From: Chiloscyllium plagiosum
Taxonomy: Eukaryota
DNA length: 42,578 nucleotides
Direction: 5' to 3'
NCBI RefSeq assembly: GCF_004010195.1
Contig: NC_057719.1
Location: forward strand, 65,867,111 to 65,909,688
Shown here: positions 38,704-42,578 of the stretch, one piece after another
Layout of the letters: every line of letters begins with the position of its first letter
Numbering within the stretch: position 1 is the first letter of the stretch
Translations under genes and position numbers: made by a program
The notes under the pieces: model-generated
What the model was told of the DNA's origin: nothing
The model's input: the letters and a program-made list of their open reading frames with translations, nothing else
The model's database searches: none

Positions 38704-39237
38704 AAAAAAAATATATAACCGGGGAGGCAGGACCCGATCTGGAGTGGCTCCCTCTGTGTTTCTCTGACCAATCGGCTCTGCTGACAAGACGGTGGCCAGG
38801 TTCGTGACCAGCCGAGAGCCCTCTTTCACTGAAGAAAAGAGCAAACTCACCCGCCTGCGCTCGTTCGGGGTGGACTCGGCAAATGGAGATTTGGATCAGA
38901 TATGACCTGCCCGCACAGGTAGGTGCCTGACTGGCAGGGGTCAGGACCATGGCTCCAGGACCTCCTACCTTGCAAGCACACCTGCTGGCCAACTGGTGGA
39001 AGATTTTTGCGCAAAGTCTGCGGGGGGGTGGGGGGGCTGTCCTTTACGAAGCTGGATATGAGCCACTCCTACCTGCAAATGCGACTAGGCGAGGAGTCCC
39101 AGAAGAGCGGCACAATTAATACCCATAAGGGTTTTTACCAATATACGAGACTGACATTTGGGGTATCATCAGCCAGTGCCCTTTTCCCAGCGGACCGTGG
39201 AGAACATTGTACAAGGGCTACCCCGAATTGCCACTTA

Positions 39238-39396
39238 CAGAGGAACCTCGATTATTTGGCATTTGATTATCCAAATATCAGATTATCCAGCAAGATCGTA
39301 AAGTCCCAATACTCGGCTCAACTATGTTATCTGGAATTCAGTTAACTGAACGGAATACTCTCCTCCCATGTCCTTCGGATAATCAAGGTTCCTCTG
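39238..39396. mobile_element. MITE, probably Tc1/mariner (pogo/Tigger-like)
   Basis: TIRs CAGAGGAACCTCGATTAT / ATAATCAAGGTTCCTCTG; TA on the left, right TSD decayed (CG). Confidence 0.82.
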
Positions 39397-41436
39397 CGTC
39401 TGGAAGACGTGCTAATAACTGGGAAGACCAACAAAGAGAACTTGGACATAGTGCTTAAATGTTTCTCCCAGACGTGCATGTGCCTCAGATGGGAAATGTG
39501 TGTTCACGGCATTTCAAGTGGCCTACTTGATTACAGAGTTGACAAAACTGGAATATACCCATTGGAAGATAAAATGAGGGTGATCAAAGAAGTCCAGCCT
39601 CCCATGTCTGTAACAGAGCTTAGGTATTCCCTTGGGTTAGTGAATTATTACGGAAAATTTATACGCAACCAAGCCTCCATCTTGGCACTTTACACCTGCT
39701 ATTGAGAAAGGGTTAGCCTTGAAAATGGTTGCAAAGTACCTTTATGAAGTACCTTTAGGAAAGTGTAAAAGCAGCTATTGTCATCTAAGGCATTGGCCCA
39801 CTATGATCCGAAGTGAGAGGTAGTGCTGATATGTGATGTCTCCCTGTGCAGTATCGGGGTAGTGTTGGCTCACCAGTGGCCCGATGCAGAGGAACCCCCA
39901 ATAGTGTAGCTTCCGGACTTTGGTTGATGCCCAACAGAAAGATGCCCAGATAGAGAAGGAAGGTTTGGCGGTCATCTTTGATGTGAGGAAGTTTGACCAG
40001 TATCTTTATGGACAGGAATTTGTCATAGTAACAGATCGCAAACCCATGGTAGGGCTACTGAAGGAAGACAAGTGGTGCCGCCCATACCGTTTTGGTTTTA
40101 AACTTCATGGACACCCTTCCTGTCACCATTGATAATATCCAACTGTGGACACAAAAGGATTCTGTCCTAGAAAAACTAAAACAGCTGGTGGAAATGGGTG
40201 AGACAGAAAAGCCATCACAACAAGGGTTGAAACCTTTCTGGACACAGTGAGACCAGATCACTATAGAGGATGACATATTACTGTGGACAGCGAGGGTGAT
40301 TGTCCCGAATAAAGGTCACCGCCAGATACTGGCTGAACTCCACCAGGGTCATCCAAGGGTTTCCAAGATGAAGGTGCTGGCAAGAAGCTATGCCTGATGG
40401 GCATGGTTGGATGTCGACATAGCGACATTGGTGGCCCAGAGTGCCAACAAGGACAAAAATTGCCACCAGCAGTGCCACCATATACGTGGGAATGGCCGGG
40501 AAAACTCTGGACTCAGTTGAATGTCGACTACGCTGGTCCATTCATAGGCTCAGTGTTCCTGGTCATTGTGGATGCCCTTTCAGAGTGGTTGGACATGCAT
40601 AAAGTTTGACCACCATCTCAGGGATGATGATTGAGAAGCTGCGAGCCTGGATGCCTGGACATATTGGTCACAGACAATGGGACGTCATTAACCAGCAAGG
40701 AATGCAAATACTTCCTAAAGACAAATGGCATTTGGCAAATAAGGACAGCTCCATACCATCCATCATCCAATGTCTAGTGGAAAGAGCAGTCGAAACTTTG
40801 AAGGCAGGCTTAAAGAAGCAGCCTACAGCGTCCCTTAATACCAACTGTCCCGGTTCTTGGTTGATCGTGGGGCCACCCCTCACATAGCAACAGGGATAGT
40901 TCCAGCAGAGTTGCTGATAGGGAAATGGCTCTGCACCAGATTAAACCTGATATTCCCAGACCTGGGTGGTGGTAGGAGGCGGAATTGTGAGGAGGGGATG
41001 AAATATCTTACAAAATTCAGGTTGATGAGGCGGTCCTGAACAAACGCATGGATCACATGAAGGTTGTTACTTTGGGGCAGGGGCCACCCTCAGAACAGCA
41101 AGAAGGCCTGTCAGAAACCGTAGGTTCTCCCCCTCCCTCTAAGTGTCAAGGAAATTTCCGACTCCAAGATGGATGCAGTCTCGATATTGTTACTGCCAGA
41201 AAAAGAGGAGGGAACTGTCCCAAGATATTCTGAATGCAAGAGATGAGCTACAGTGTGGTACACGCCGCCTGAGTCAGAGGAACCGGACCTGGGGTGAAAA
41301 CTTGGCAGGAAAAGCTCCAAGAGGCAGACCAGGCATACATCCCCAGACTTCAGGGGTTGGCGGAGGGATGTAGTGATTGGAACCAGTGATTGGACTTTGT
41401 TGACTATGAAATCCTTGATTGGGGTTGTTAATCCCA

Positions 41437-41530
41437 GCTGAAAATGTGTTGCTGGAACAGTGCAGCAGGTCAGGCAGCATCCAGGGAACAGGAGAATCGA
41501 CGTTTCGGGCATAAGCCCTTCTTCAGGAAT
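41437..41530 (-). mobile_element. PLE family A pLTR fragment in the Gypsy 3' LTR
   Basis: Near-identical to 18298-18392; hammerhead core at 41499-41526. Confidence 0.85.
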
Positions 41531-42024
41531 CCTGTTTCCCTTGGACTAGAGGGGCCTGGGTTCTAGTCCCACCTGCCCCAGACTTTTGTAATCGCATCTC
41601 TGAACAGACTGATTTGAAAAAAAAGTTTAAGAAAATGTAAACAGTGGATTTAGAATCTCCTAAGTTCAGGGGAGTGACTTTGAGCTGGGTGACGACAGCC
41701 AGTGTACAGTGTACAAGCAATTAACGGGTGACTTGGTGACGGGATCCTGCCTTCTGTGTAGTTATTTCGCCCTGCAGTTGCACATTAACTTGATCAAACT
41801 CTGAATAGTCAGATTTTTAGTTCATTTACAGGCTTTTCTGATTATGAATTGGTTGTGCAGGTGGTGACTACAATATTTTGATGTGCTTAGGTCTGCTAGC
41901 CATAATGGAGACCTGGAAGAATAGATAACACACTAAAGCCACCAGGTCCCCTCTCTGACTTTCATGCTAGTAATTGTTACTGTCTAGTTCCTGTTGGCCA
42001 CATGAGACACTAATAAGCTGCATG

Positions 42025-42578
42025 TAGAACATAGAACATCGAACATAGAACAGTACAGCACAGAACAGGCCCTTCAGCCCAAGATGTTCTGCCGACCACT
42101 GATCCTCATGTATGCACCCTCAAATTTCTGTGACCATATGTATGTCGAGGAGTCTCTTAAATGTCCCCAATGACCCTGCCTCCACAACTGCTGCTGGCAA
42201 CGCATTCCATGCTCTCACAACTCTCTGTGTAAAGCACCCGCCTCTGACATCCCCTCTATGCTTTCCTCCAACCAGCTTAAAACTATGACCCCTCGTGTTA
42301 GTCATTTCTGCCCTGTGAAATAGTCTCTGGCTATTGACTCTATCTATGCCTCGCATTACTTTGTATACCTCAAATGGGTCCCCTCTTCTCCTCCTTTTCT
42401 CCAATGAAAAAAGTCAGAGCTCAGTCAACCTCTCCTTATAAGATAAGCCCTCCAGTCCAGGCAGCATCCTGGTAAACCTCCTCTGAACCCGCTCCAAAGC
42501 ATCCACATCTTTCTTATAATAGGACAACCAGAACTGGACGCAGTATTCCAAGTGCAGTCTAACCAAAGTTTTATAGAG
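42025..42578 (-). mobile_element. CR1 3' fragment
   Basis: RRRGDPFEVYKVM...FTQRVVRAWNALP; (AGAACAT)n tail. Confidence 0.92.

Larger units (their letters stand above)
38501..41769 (+). mobile_element. Gypsy/Ty3 LTR retrotransposon, decayed, gag/protease missing
   Basis: TSD CCCTG (38496-38500, 41770-41774); RT FTKLDMSHSYLQ and YTRLTFGVSSA; RNase H AQIEKEGLAVIF; HQGH zinc finger; integrase VDYAGPF and LVERAV; purine tract before the 3' LTR at 41369. Confidence 0.92.

Noticed and set aside
38648..38770. Functional 5S rRNA gene
   Set aside because: Only the 5' ~50 nt is present; no internal control region or terminator.
1..42578. CRISPR array or prokaryotic system
   Set aside because: No regularly spaced repeats or operon-like ORFs; the sequence is vertebrate intronic DNA.

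Overview
Repeat-dense vertebrate genomic DNA, most likely from a shark. The repeat set is HE1-type SINE, HER1/CR1 LINEs, Deu-domain SINEs and Penelope-like elements; the species assignment is an inference. The only host coding sequence I can support is one internal exon of AVEN (19504-19669, + strand), so the window is probably AVEN intron 1, exon 2 and intron 2. The rest is mostly decayed mobile DNA: many CR1 fragments, two Neptune-type Penelope-like (RT + GIY-YIG) families, a deleted Gypsy provirus with a 5-bp TSD and two related solo LTRs, RTE fragments, SINEs and a MITE. There are three N gaps. Items most worth follow-up: (1) minimal hammerhead ribozyme motifs with palindromic stem III in the termini of both PLE families, including TSD-flanked hairpin mini-insertions; (2) a 5S rRNA 5' fragment between 15-bp direct repeats inside the Gypsy 5' LTR; (3) an ~87-bp inverted repeat of non-TE-looking sequence; (4) a TE-poor block with a candidate antisense first exon, possibly CHRM5. 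No intact TE ORF and no clearly new biological system is demonstrable from sequence alone. Most repeat boundaries are approximate.
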